A stretch of DNA of 64,000 bases from an uncultured Pseudomonadales bacterium (GTDB taxonomy: Bacteria > Patescibacteriota > Microgenomatia > UBA1400 > UBA12028). Positions 1 to 9,290 of this stretch are shown here, piece by piece; the first letter of the stretch is position 1, and every line of letters starts with the position of its first letter. The stretch is taken from the NCBI GenBank assembly GCA_964635905.1, contig CAZWPK010000005.1, positions 4,695 to 68,694 of the forward strand, in the 5' to 3' direction. The notes under the pieces are model-generated. The model had not been told where the DNA came from and ran no database searches. It worked only from the letters and a program-made list of their open reading frames with translations. The translations under genes and the position numbers were made by a program.

Positions 1-1
1 A

Positions 2-586
2 CACTTTTTTGAAGATACGCAAATTGAACTGCAGGATTGCGTCGGACTCGCAACAGGAATGGCATGGACCAGTGTCGGTGGTGATGTGCTCCCTGTCGAA
101 GTTTCGGTAATTCCCAATCGAAAGAGTACCACACTGATCCTTACCGGGAAACTAGGAAAGGTCATGCAAGAATCAGCCCGAGCTGCCTTAACCTATGTCC
201 ATGCCAACGCCAAGAAACTTGGAGTGAATGACGACTTGATAAAGAAAAGTGAAATTCATATCCACGTTCCAGAAGGAGCAGTTCCCAAGGATGGCCCTAG
301 TGCTGGAATCACGATGACGACCGCAATCATTTCTGCCATGACCAACAAAGCAGTGCGTCGCGATGTGGCTATGACCGGAGAAGTCACCCTGCGTGGGAGG
401 GTGCTGGAAATTGGCGGACTCAAAGAGAAAGTTATCGCCGCCCATCGCGCTGGAATTCGAGAAATCATTGCACCGAAAATGAATGAGAAAGATTGGACAA
501 AGATGCCGGAGAATGTCAAAAAGGACATGAATCCACACTTCGTCGAGCACATGGATGAAGTCGTCAAATTGGCATTGGTATCCTAA
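2..586 (+). CDS. lon: ATP-dependent Lon protease, C-terminal proteolytic domain (5' end outside the window)
   Basis: The frame is open from nt 2. Motifs DGPSAGITMTTAIISA (catalytic Ser region) and TGEVTLRGRVLEIGGLKEKVIAAHRAGI are typical of the Lon S16 domain. Confidence 0.85.
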   Translation, partial: HFFEDTQIELQDCVGLATGMAWTSVGGDVLPVEVSVIPNRKSTTLILTGKLGKVMQESARAALTYVHANAKKLGVNDDLIKKSEIHIHVPEGAVPKDGPSAGITMTTAIISAMTNKAVRRDVAMTGEVTLRGRVLEIGGLKEKVIAAHRAGIREIIAPKMNEKDWTKMPENVKKDMNPHFVEHMDEVVKLALVS

Positions 587-592
587 TCAAGA

Positions 593-838
593 TTACTTAA
601 GATCAGAAGCCTGATATCCCTGTTCCTGAATCACTTTTTTGATCGAGTCTTTGGAGATCATTGCTGGATCAAATTCTACGGTTACTCGTGCTTTGGCATA
701 ACTTGTGGACGCACGCTTGATTCCTGGTGTATCTTCGAGTGCCCCATCAATGTTTAGTGCACAACTGGGACAATGCATTCCTTTAATAGCAAATTCAATC
801 GTTTCTCCATCGGTTTTTTTCTTAAACAGTGAAAACAT
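593..838 (-). CDS. copZ: Heavy-metal-associated (HMA) copper chaperone, CopZ-like; start taken at the internal Met MFSLFKKK of track ORF 593..991
   Basis: GMHCPSCALNI (MxCxxC) with an HMA ferredoxin-like fold signature. It is the last gene of the cop operon. The upstream part of the track ORF overlaps gene 840..1901. Confidence 0.8.
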   Translation of the reverse strand: MFSLFKKKTDGETIEFAIKGMHCPSCALNIDGALEDTPGIKRASTSYAKARVTVEFDPAMISKDSIKKVIQEQGYQASDLK

Positions 839-839
839 A

Positions 840-1901
840 TTAGATAACCTCCAAGACTCCTGAATACATCCCCATCGAACACGTGAACGTGTACTGCCCT
901 TTCTTTTCAGGGGTAAAGACAACAGATTTTCGATCCGTCGGACCCAATTGCATTTTGATATTAAATGCACGGAGGACAAAAGAGCTGGCACAGGTATACG
1001 TATTGTTGGTGACCAACGTAAGTTGAACGGGTACTCCTACCTTCACACGAATTCTGTTGGGAGAGTATCCATTACGCTTCACATCAATGGTTACCTGCTG
1101 CAGATTTTTACTGGAGAGATTTCCATTGTCGAATTCTCGTTGTGACCATTGTGGGGAGAAGAAGTTTTGTACCGACTCTTGGACTTTATTGAAGGTAATG
1201 GGAGCATCTAGAACAACCAATATTCCATTCAGACTACTTAGTCCCAGAAAAATTAAAAGACAGGCTGCCACCTTCATAAACTGACGGCGGAATCGATCGG
1301 AGAGTCGTGCGGTTGCAATGCCAACGAGTGCAAATAACGGCGATGTCCCCAATACGAAGACAAACATTAACGCAGCTCCATAGAGTGGGTTTGCCGAGGT
1401 TATTGCCAGCACCTCCATGGCTTGCGTCACACCACAGGGAATAAAGATCGTTAAGAACCCAAGTAGTATGGGTGCAAAAAAGGTGGTGTTCTTGGTTGAC
1501 TTTCGAATCAAGCGTTGAATTGCTTTTGGTGGTTGAAATACGACATAGCGAAAAATCGGATGAAGTTCTAGTAAGTTTGCTGCCGTCGCAAACATAAATA
1601 CGGCTGCTAAACCTTGAAAGAGCAAGCGTACTGTCAAACTTAATTCAACTTTTGAGCCTAACCATCCTAATAATAATCCCAGAATCGTGTGAACGATGAT
1701 TTTTGCAACGAGAAATAAACTCACGAAGAGAATATCTTTTTTATTTGCCAGTGGAGAATTGGAATGACCAGCGTTCTCGGTTTCATCCAGCTCTTTCTCT
1801 TTTTGGTTTGCCATGATGCTTGCAAGTAATCCACCTTGCATTGCTAGACACGAGAGACCTCCGGTGGTTAATCCTGTTAAAAAAATAGTTCCCAAATCCA
1901 T
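840..1901 (-). CDS. Polytopic membrane protein (CcdA/DsbD_2- or TauE-like core with Cys in 'GGLSCLAMQ' and 'FIPCGVTQ') fused to a C-terminal cupredoxin-like (Cupredoxin_1-type) domain
   Basis: Multiple TM helices. The C-terminal ~100 aa carries 'YTFTCSMGMYSGVLEV', resembling the cupredoxin_1 'eftCsmhgM' motif. The gene sits between copA and copZ. Confidence 0.6.
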   Translation of the reverse strand: MDLGTIFLTGLTTGGLSCLAMQGGLLASIMANQKEKELDETENAGHSNSPLANKKDILFVSLFLVAKIIVHTILGLLLGWLGSKVELSLTVRLLFQGLAAVFMFATAANLLELHPIFRYVVFQPPKAIQRLIRKSTKNTTFFAPILLGFLTIFIPCGVTQAMEVLAITSANPLYGAALMFVFVLGTSPLFALVGIATARLSDRFRRQFMKVAACLLIFLGLSSLNGILVVLDAPITFNKVQESVQNFFSPQWSQREFDNGNLSSKNLQQVTIDVKRNGYSPNRIRVKVGVPVQLTLVTNNTYTCASSFVLRAFNIKMQLGPTDRKSVVFTPEKKGQYTFTCSMGMYSGVLEVI

Positions 1902-1912
1902 AGATACTCTCC

Positions 1913-4213
1913 CTACAGTTTTATCTTCTTTAAGCGTAATGCATTCAAAACGACAGAGACACTGGAGAACGCCATCGCAGCACCAGCAATGGCGGGGTTA
2001 AGTACTATCCCTGCTACCGGATACAAAACACCTGCGGCGATGGGAATTCCCACTACATTATAAAAGAAAGCCCAGAATAAGTTCTCTTTAATTGTCCGCA
2101 TGGTTGCTCGTGACAGAGTAATAGACTTGGGTAGCTTCGAAATATTTCCACCCAGTAAAGTAATGGAAGCGGATTCAATGGCGACATCCGTACCCGTTCC
2201 CATCGCAATACCAACGTCTGCCTGGGCTAGAGCGGGGGCATCATTAATCCCATCCCCCACCATGGCGACATGTATTTTTTTTGCCTGAATCTTTTTAATT
2301 TCATTGGCCTTATCTTCTGGAAGTACTTCTGCGATTACCGTAGTAATGCCAACTTGCTTGGCAATATATTCTGCGGTCCTGCGATTGTCTCCCGTGAGCA
2401 TGAGGACTTTAATCCCCTGAGCATGGAGCTTCGTAACGACTTCTTTTGCATCATCTTTGATCGTATCGGCAATACCGATATATCCAAGGATGGAGGTGGT
2501 AGTCATCAAGATAATGGGTGTCTTTCCTTGTGAGCCAAACTTGGTGATGATCGCATCATCGACAGATAGTTTCTTTTGCGTCGCTAAACGAACATTTCCG
2601 GCATAGTACTGGATCCCATCGATCTTGCCTTGTAAGCCTTTCCCTTGCAGGGCAGAAAAGTCTTTCACGTGTAGTAACGAAAGTGATTGAGCCTTGGCGT
2701 GTTGCACGATCGCTTGAGCGAGCGGATGTTCTGAATGACCCTCAAGAGATGCAAGGATTTGAAGTATTGTGGAGTCCTTGTTTGACTTAGTTGCCACGAT
2801 ATCGGTAACTTCTGGTTTTCCTTTCGTGAGTGTTCCGGTTTTATCCATGACCATCACAGAAACCGAGCTCAATTTTTCAATACCTTCGGCATTTTTGATT
2901 AAGATTCCATTCTGGGCAGCTTTCCCTACCGCAACAATCACAGCTGTCGGAGTGGCTAATCCCATCGCACACGGGCACGCAATCACGAGTACACCGACAA
3001 AACTGCTTATCCCCAACATGATGGCTTGCGGGAATGGAAGAAACTGACTCCCAATAATCAACCAGACTGCAAGAACAAGGATGGAAAACACTAAAATGAC
3101 CGGGACAAAAACTGCGGAAATCTGATCCGCCAATCGTTCGATTGCAGCTTTAGACCCTTGCGCCTCTTCCACCATCGCAATGATCTGAGAGAGCATGGAA
3201 TCATTCCCTACTTTGGTTGCTTGAACTTGTAGTGATCCCTGCTTATTCATGGTCGCACCAATAACAACATCCCCTTCTTTTTTGTCGACGGGAATTGATT
3301 CACCTGTGATCATCGACTCATCAATTGACGTACTGCCCTCTATGATTTCGCCGTCGACCGGAATTTTTTGACCTGGTTTTACAATCACAACATCATTGAG
3401 AATGACTTCCTCGATAGGAATCTCAATTTGTTTTCCCTCACGCAGTACGAGTGCACTTTTTGCTTGAAGACCTAGGAGTTTTTCAATCGCTTCCCCTGTT
3501 TTTAACTTGGAACGTGCCTCAAGATATTTGCCAAGCGTAATAAATCCAATCACCACAATGGTGACATCGTAGTAGGTCTGTTTTGTATCAAGATACGTTG
3601 CCAACGGACCCTCGAAAGCGGATAGGAAAAAGCTATACAAAAAAGCAACGAGTGTTCCGATTCCCACCAACGTGTCCATATTTGCCACTCGGTAACGAAT
3701 AAATCGGAGAATCCCTTTAAGATAGGGAACACCAAAAATAAACAAGGTGACTGTCGCCAAAATGGGGAGTAAGTGATGAAAGAATCCCATCCAAATCTTG
3801 GGCATTTCTTCCCATAATCCTAGGGTGGTCGCACCTTGTTCCCAACCCATAACGAAGATACTAATTCCCACAAATGGCATTACAAACGACACATGTTTTT
3901 TTAACTCGGCTAGCTCAGCCAGTTTGTGTTCCTTTGAAGCAGCAGTCACGGCTACAGCGTGGTGTGCATGCAGTTCTTCCGCTGGCTGTGAATCAACTAA
4001 GGAGTACCCATATTTTTGAATCCCATTGTTTAAAGCCGCGACGGAAGTGTGGGTGGGATCAAATGAAATCGTAGCTTTCTGCGTTGCATAATTTACTTCG
4101 CAAGCTTCTACTCCATCAATTTTTTTCAATGTGCGCGTAATGATGCTGGAACAGGATGCACAGTGCATCCCCACAACTGGATAGGAGTACGTCACTTTTT
4201 GTTTAGTAGGCAT
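1913..4213 (-). CDS. copA: Copper-translocating P1B-type ATPase
   Basis: N-terminal HMA GMHCASCSS, CPC motif (ACPCAMGLATP), DKTGTLT phosphorylation site, and GDGINDAPAL hinge. Start chosen at MPTKQKV (4213) to avoid a long overlap; the track ORF extends to 4339. Confidence 0.9.
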   Translation of the reverse strand: MPTKQKVTYSYPVVGMHCASCSSIITRTLKKIDGVEACEVNYATQKATISFDPTHTSVAALNNGIQKYGYSLVDSQPAEELHAHHAVAVTAASKEHKLAELAELKKHVSFVMPFVGISIFVMGWEQGATTLGLWEEMPKIWMGFFHHLLPILATVTLFIFGVPYLKGILRFIRYRVANMDTLVGIGTLVAFLYSFFLSAFEGPLATYLDTKQTYYDVTIVVIGFITLGKYLEARSKLKTGEAIEKLLGLQAKSALVLREGKQIEIPIEEVILNDVVIVKPGQKIPVDGEIIEGSTSIDESMITGESIPVDKKEGDVVIGATMNKQGSLQVQATKVGNDSMLSQIIAMVEEAQGSKAAIERLADQISAVFVPVILVFSILVLAVWLIIGSQFLPFPQAIMLGISSFVGVLVIACPCAMGLATPTAVIVAVGKAAQNGILIKNAEGIEKLSSVSVMVMDKTGTLTKGKPEVTDIVATKSNKDSTILQILASLEGHSEHPLAQAIVQHAKAQSLSLLHVKDFSALQGKGLQGKIDGIQYYAGNVRLATQKKLSVDDAIITKFGSQGKTPIILMTTTSILGYIGIADTIKDDAKEVVTKLHAQGIKVLMLTGDNRRTAEYIAKQVGITTVIAEVLPEDKANEIKKIQAKKIHVAMVGDGINDAPALAQADVGIAMGTGTDVAIESASITLLGGNISKLPKSITLSRATMRTIKENLFWAFFYNVVGIPIAAGVLYPVAGIVLNPAIAGAAMAFSSVSVVLNALRLKKIKL

Positions 4214-4685
4214 AGCGTTTTGGATCCTCTTCAAATTTTTTAAGACAACCACTTGCACAGAAATAATAGGTTTTTCCCTCATGGTCATGACTAAATCCGG
4301 CAGTCTTTGGAGAGACACGCATGTTGCAGACCGGATCATGCACTAAGGGAACCAGTTCCTTCATCTTCAGTTTTAGTTCTGAAGAGAAATCAGCTTCCTT
4401 ATGTTGATCAATGAGAACTTCACGTAACAGATCACTTGCTTGAATGAATTTAGGATCCTGGAGGGAATAATAGATTTGCTTTCCATCACGTCGCGGGACT
4501 ACAACTTGCGCATCCCGAAGAATCATTAAGTGTTGACTGATGTTTGCTTGCGGCAAATCCAGCATCGTATGGATAGCACTGACTGCTAACTCTCCCTCAC
4601 GCAACAGATTGATAATTTCAAGCCTTCGCGGATGGGCGAGAGCTTTCAAAAGATTGGCATGCAAATCAAAGAGTTGGCTATACAT
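4203..4685 (-). CDS. ArsR/SmtB-family metalloregulator fused to a C-terminal YHS/TRASH metal-binding domain
   Basis: N-terminal wHTH (LAHPRRLEIINLL...ISQHLMILRDAQVV) and C-terminal DPVCNMRV...YYFCASGCLKKFEEDP (YHS-type). It overlaps the copA start by 11 nt. Confidence 0.8.
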   Translation of the reverse strand: MYSQLFDLHANLLKALAHPRRLEIINLLREGELAVSAIHTMLDLPQANISQHLMILRDAQVVVPRRDGKQIYYSLQDPKFIQASDLLREVLIDQHKEADFSSELKLKMKELVPLVHDPVCNMRVSPKTAGFSHDHEGKTYYFCASGCLKKFEEDPKRYAY

Positions 4686-4703
4686 ATTCGTATATTAGAA
4701 TAT
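4684..4703. promoter_or_regulatory. Candidate operator: inverted repeat ATATTC-N8-GAATAT (CATATTC/GAATATG arms) overlapping the start codon of the ArsR-YHS gene
   Basis: A 7-bp perfect inverted arm pair seen directly in the sequence, placed at the 5' end of the metalloregulator gene. Confidence 0.3.
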
Positions 4704-4781
4704 GTAAGATCGGTTCGTCAATAGGAAAATCAGAGAGTATTACGTTGCTTTGAGACTTTCGTTGAGCATATCCAGTATCTA

Positions 4782-5159
4782 TTGCTCTATCTGATATACT
4801 CTGGCCATATGTTTACAGTTCAACTTATCGAAAGCGACGCTCAAAGAAGATCACTCTATACAGCGAAATTAGCTGAAAACGGTATTTCCATCGCAGATGG
4901 ACCGGAAGTAGCTGGAGCAAATCTGGTTTTAGCATCAGTCACTGATCCAGACATAACAAGAAGAGTGAATGAGGTAAAAAGGTTACGAGGCAAATTCCCC
5001 GACTCCCTATTGGCTATCTTGACGCCATATGTAACTCTTGAATTTGTTTATGAAATTGCTCAAATGGTAAATGGCGTTTTTCCTACACAAGCTACTGAGA
5101 AAGATGATGATAGTTGGGCAGATTTTGCAATGAAGCTTCAACAAGTAACACGAGAGTGA
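4782..5159 (+). CDS. Hypothetical protein, possibly a degenerate CheY-like receiver fold; true start may be MFTVQ at 4809
   Basis: VQLIESDAQRRSLYTAKLAENGISI...ANLVLASVTDPD...LAILTPY resembles receiver-domain layout but the phospho-acceptor Asp appears replaced. Confidence 0.4.
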   Translation: MLYLIYSGHMFTVQLIESDAQRRSLYTAKLAENGISIADGPEVAGANLVLASVTDPDITRRVNEVKRLRGKFPDSLLAILTPYVTLEFVYEIAQMVNGVFPTQATEKDDDSWADFAMKLQQVTRE

Positions 5160-5247
5160 TTGTTTGGCATTATAAATGTATCCATTTATAATGCGGAATA
5201 TCTTTCCGCACTACTCTGGAAGATTTTTGATCTCTTAGTTGCGCTGA

Positions 5248-5967
5248 TTAGCCTTCAACAATGGTTCCAATGTCTTCACCCAGGACAGCTCGGAGTAAGT
5301 TCCCTTTTTCGAATGCATTAAAGACTAAGATTTTCATCTTGTTTTCCATACACATGGTAAGTCCTGCCGTATCCATGACGCCAATTTCAGGGTTAGAAAT
5401 GGCTTCCATATAGCTTAATTTCTTAAAGCGTTTTGCATCGGTGTGCTTGAAGGGATCCTTATCATACACTCCATCAACCTTGGTTGCCTTCATCACGATG
5501 TCACAATGCAGTTCGAGGGCATGCAGTGTTGCACCCGTGTCAGTGGTGACATAGGGAACCCCAGTTCCAGCGGCAAGTATCACGACACGTCCCTTTTCCA
5601 TATGACGGATGGCTTTGCGACGAATAAAGTTCTCAGCCACAGCAGGCATTGAGAGGGCAGATTGCACTCGGGTGGGAACTCCTTCTTTTTCTAAGGCATC
5701 CTGAAGAGCCAAGGCATTCATCACCGTAGCAAGCATTCCCATATAGTCGGCAGTTGCACGGTCAATTCCATTTTTGGAACCGGACATCCCACGGAAAATA
5801 TTCCCTCCGCCAATGACAATGGCGATTTGCACACCGGTATTATGCATCTCATGGATCTGGGTTGCGATATCTGTAGCCGCTTGCGGAGAGACCCCGTATT
5901 CTCGATCTCCTAACATGATTTCGCCACCTAGTTTGAGCAGCACTCGTTTGTACGCAGGTTCAGACAT
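5248..5967 (-). CDS. pyrH: UMP kinase
   Basis: KRVLLKLGGE and IVIGGGNIFRG motifs of the amino-acid kinase family/UMPK. Confidence 0.9.
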   Translation of the reverse strand: MSEPAYKRVLLKLGGEIMLGDREYGVSPQAATDIATQIHEMHNTGVQIAIVIGGGNIFRGMSGSKNGIDRATADYMGMLATVMNALALQDALEKEGVPTRVQSALSMPAVAENFIRRKAIRHMEKGRVVILAAGTGVPYVTTDTGATLHALELHCDIVMKATKVDGVYDKDPFKHTDAKRFKKLSYMEAISNPEIGVMDTAGLTMCMENKMKILVFNAFEKGNLLRAVLGEDIGTIVEG

Positions 5968-5994
5968 AGGAATTCCCTTTCAAATGATTACTGG

Positions 5995-7026
5995 TTATAG
6001 TCCAAATTTGGATTTTAGTCGTAACACGCGCCAACGTAAACTATCGAGTTTCTGAAAAATTCCATAGAGGGATGGATTGATCACTAGGTCATAGGTGCCA
6101 ATAAATTGGGAGAGTACCCCACCGTATCCTTCTTTGAAGCGATGAAAGCCATACCACGGATCACTGGGATTAGGAGTTGGACCTAAACTCCCCCACATGT
6201 CAAACATGCTACATCCATGTGCTTTCCCAAATTTAATCACTTCCCAGGCAAGGAGATTATTTGCCATCACTTCGCGATGTTCTCTGGAAGAAGCACCATA
6301 GGGGTAGTACAAGACTCCGTTAAAGATGAAGACGATCCACACGCTCAATGTTTTTCCTTCGAAGACAGCTTTAAAAATATGAGCAATACTAGCTCCGCGC
6401 ATCGCCTTCCACATGCTTCTAAAATACTCGGCATTATGGGCGTAGAATCCTTGACGTTTCGTCGTGTGGTCCAGGAGCGCTAAGTACTCTTCTAAACCTT
6501 GATCAGTGCTGTCTTCAACAATCGTGACGCCTTTTTTTGCAGCCAGATTGATGTTGTACCGCGTTTTTTGATGCATGGCGGCTAGCAATTCTTCTTCGGT
6601 AGGAGTTAAGTTGAGTTGAAAGGTATAGGGAGTGAACAATGGTTTCCCCGCAACGCAGCCGTGGGAGATCAAGAATTCAACGATCTCTTTATGGCTTTTT
6701 ACGGAATCAACGGGAGCCGCAATATTGGGCTCCATTTTGATAAAGAGCGCATTACGCTTCTTCCCCATGTCGAGGAGAGCGTTAAATAACGTTTCATCCG
6801 GCATGCCTCCTCGTGGAAGGTAGCCAATCGTAAAATTGGTATGCGGAACGGGGTGAAACGTAATCTGAAATGCTTGGGTAAGCTTACCCCTTTCAAAGAC
6901 TCCAACACGTTCTACCTGCATCCCTGTTTGCGAACGAAATTCACCCCAGGCAAACGATTGAAGTGGATGGGAAACGGCCGCGTCAAACGCGTCATGCTCA
7001 CTGGCAGTAATGGGCCGAATCACCAT
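5995..7026 (-). CDS. FemAB-family peptidyltransferase (peptidoglycan interpeptide-bridge/aminoacyl-tRNA-dependent transferase-like)
   Basis: LQSFAWGEF, GYLPRG, KTRYNINLAAKKGV and YYPYGASS align with FemX/FemAB family conserved blocks. Confidence 0.65.
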   Translation of the reverse strand: MVIRPITASEHDAFDAAVSHPLQSFAWGEFRSQTGMQVERVGVFERGKLTQAFQITFHPVPHTNFTIGYLPRGGMPDETLFNALLDMGKKRNALFIKMEPNIAAPVDSVKSHKEIVEFLISHGCVAGKPLFTPYTFQLNLTPTEEELLAAMHQKTRYNINLAAKKGVTIVEDSTDQGLEEYLALLDHTTKRQGFYAHNAEYFRSMWKAMRGASIAHIFKAVFEGKTLSVWIVFIFNGVLYYPYGASSREHREVMANNLLAWEVIKFGKAHGCSMFDMWGSLGPTPNPSDPWYGFHRFKEGYGGVLSQFIGTYDLVINPSLYGIFQKLDSLRWRVLRLKSKFGL

Positions 7027-7040
7027 AAGGCCTTATGGTA

Positions 7041-7283
7041 TCACAGCCAACCGGAAAGATATAAACCAGCTACGATACAAACAACAATACCAGCGGAAAG
7101 CAGAAGTACCATGGGTTGGTCTTTCCCCCAGAAACTGGTGCTTTTGTCACAGAACAGCGATCCACAATCACAGAAAACTGGCTTGTGTCGGATCACTTTT
7201 GATTTGGAACTAGATTTTACTGAAGGTCGGGTGGAACGCTTAGTAGTTTTTTTCATAGTACATTCAAGCGTATCCAGTTTCAT
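7041..7283 (-). CDS. Small hypothetical protein, Cys-rich (FCDCGSLFCDK) with a C-terminal TM helix
   Basis: It is the only same-strand ORF in the 281-bp gap between the FemAB-like gene and uvrD. There is no homology support. Confidence 0.25.
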   Translation of the reverse strand: MKLDTLECTMKKTTKRSTRPSVKSSSKSKVIRHKPVFCDCGSLFCDKSTSFWGKDQPMVLLLSAGIVVCIVAGLYLSGWL

Positions 7284-7307
7284 TCAATCATGCAAGAGGA
7301 GAACAAA

Positions 7308-9290
7308 TTAGGAAGATAAGAAGTCAGAGATACTCATGGATCCATCAAGAAAGTCATCAATACTAGGATCATCAAAACGCACGAATCGTTGAACCGCGGG
7401 TTTGGTTGGCTCTGAATTCCAAGAGCCACTGCGTTGCTTATATTTCTGACTCATGTCCACGAGATGCGATTTCGCTGCGTCTTTTTGCACACTACTGGCG
7501 GGAATCTCTGCCAAAAACCGTGAAACTACGGTTCCACTGATGCGGCCATAGAGCAACCGTCTGCGCGCATAGGTTAAGAAGAGTTTTTTTCGTGCCCGTG
7601 TCATCGCTACGTAACACAACCTACGTTCCTCTTCCATTTGTAGTCGATCTAGAAGCGATCGAGAATGTGGGAAAAGTCCTTCTTCCATCCCCACGACAAA
7701 TACCGTATCAAACTCGAGTCCTTTGGCCGCATGAATACTCATTAAGACCACCTGTGTCTCATCGGTTTGTTTCTCTTTCCGTAGGGCATCTTCTTCCACT
7801 AAAGCCACCGTTTCTAAAAACTCCGCGATAGTCGAAAAACGGGAGGCAACGGAACGTAGTTCTTGAATGTTTTCCAGACGTCCAGCTTCTTCTTCATCGG
7901 CAGGATCAAATTGTTCTAGATATTGGGTAAATTGCAAAATAGCGTCAAGAGTAAGTAAGACTGATGATGGTCGTTCGGGATCTGGAATGGCTGGCAGTGT
8001 CCACTGACTTCGATCCACCGTTTGAAGCCAATTTAAATACGATACGGCTTTTCGCTTCCCTAATTTTTCCAGTCGCGACAACGCAATTTCGTCCGTAGGA
8101 AAGACCATTAATCTAAGATGCGCCAATAAATCCTTAATTTCTTTGCGCGCATAAAATCGGACTCCCCCAACGAGGCGATAGGGAATTCCAGCTTTTAAAA
8201 ATCCTTCTTCAAAGGCTCGACTTTGGGCATTCGTTCGGTACAGCACGGCAACACTGGTTAAGGGATCATGCAGTTCTGCCGCAATGTTGCGGATCACAAA
8301 ATTGACTTCTTCGATATCACTCTCACCTTCAAAGATCATGGTCTTTTCACCAGCTCCATTTTGCGTCCACAATTCCAGTACGGGATGAGAAGTATTTTGC
8401 GCAATCAACACACTAGCCACGTCTAAGATGGACTGGGTACTGCGGTAATTTTGTTCCAGTCGGTAGGTCTTCATATCCGGAAACTGTGTCGTGAGCGACA
8501 ACATGTTGCGATAATCTGCTCCACGCCAGGAATAGATGGCTTGTGCAAAATCGCCAACCACAAATAAATTACGCTCTGGAGATAAGAGAAGCTTTGTTAA
8601 GGCAAGTTGAGCGGTATTAGTGTCCTGATATTCATCGATCAAAATAGTAGTGAATTTTTCCCGGTAATACTGTCGGGTATCCTCATGTTCCGAAAGCAGC
8701 GCTACGACTTTGTACAACAGATCATCGAAATCGACCGCATCATTTTTCTCTAAGCGTTTTTGATAGAGCGGAAACAATCGGGCTGCAGTTTCTTGGAATT
8801 TCCCTTTTGCCATGGCATGGTATTCTGCCGGTGTCATGAGTTCATTTTTCGCTGACGAAATCATGGAGAGCATGTTTTTGGGCTTAAACTCTTTGGGAGA
8901 AATCCCCAGTTCTTTCATGATCTCAGCTAAGAGGGAGACCTGATCATCTTCATCATAGATTGTGAAGTTTGGACTAACGTCAATCTGACTACCACTCGCT
9001 CGTAACATACGGGCACAAATGCGATGAAAGGTTCCAGAAAATGGGAGCCCACTTCCCGCTAATTTTTCTACCCGCTCCATCATTTCTAGAGCGGCCTTAT
9101 TGGTAAACGTCACCAACAAGATATTAGAGGGATGCAGTTGATGATGCGCAATCAAATACGCAACCCGCGTCGTTAATACACGTGTTTTACCAGACCCTGC
9201 ACCCGCAATCACCATCGCCGGAGTACCCAATTCATGCTCAACAGCTTGCCGTTGTTCATCATTGAGCTTTGCTAATACTTCGTCAAACAT
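7308..9290 (-). CDS. uvrD: ATP-dependent DNA helicase UvrD/PcrA family
   Basis: Walker A AGAGSGKTRVLT, UvrD motifs (TFTNKAA, LIDEYQDTN, VGDFAQAIYSWRGA), C-terminal MTRARKKLFLTY. Confidence 0.9.
   Translation of the reverse strand: MFDEVLAKLNDEQRQAVEHELGTPAMVIAGAGSGKTRVLTTRVAYLIAHHQLHPSNILLVTFTNKAALEMMERVEKLAGSGLPFSGTFHRICARMLRASGSQIDVSPNFTIYDEDDQVSLLAEIMKELGISPKEFKPKNMLSMISSAKNELMTPAEYHAMAKGKFQETAARLFPLYQKRLEKNDAVDFDDLLYKVVALLSEHEDTRQYYREKFTTILIDEYQDTNTAQLALTKLLLSPERNLFVVGDFAQAIYSWRGADYRNMLSLTTQFPDMKTYRLEQNYRSTQSILDVASVLIAQNTSHPVLELWTQNGAGEKTMIFEGESDIEEVNFVIRNIAAELHDPLTSVAVLYRTNAQSRAFEEGFLKAGIPYRLVGGVRFYARKEIKDLLAHLRLMVFPTDEIALSRLEKLGKRKAVSYLNWLQTVDRSQWTLPAIPDPERPSSVLLTLDAILQFTQYLEQFDPADEEEAGRLENIQELRSVASRFSTIAEFLETVALVEEDALRKEKQTDETQVVLMSIHAAKGLEFDTVFVVGMEEGLFPHSRSLLDRLQMEEERRLCYVAMTRARKKLFLTYARRRLLYGRISGTVVSRFLAEIPASSVQKDAAKSHLVDMSQKYKQRSGSWNSEPTKPAVQRFVRFDDPSIDDFLDGSMSISDFLSS

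Noticed and set aside
188-567. Minus-strand ORFs 188..550 and 256..567
   Set aside because: They are antisense to the conserved Lon protease domain.
2100-4074. Several 60-90-aa plus-strand ORFs inside copA (2100..2288, 2270..2533, 2769..3047, 3798..4019, 3874..4074)
   Set aside because: They are antisense to a well-supported P-type ATPase gene, with low-complexity translations.
6841-7311. 156-aa plus-strand ORF in the FemAB-uvrD gap
   Set aside because: It is antisense to the neighbouring genes' ends and to the small minus-strand ORF, with a basic low-complexity translation. The minus-strand 7041..7283 ORF was kept at low confidence instead.
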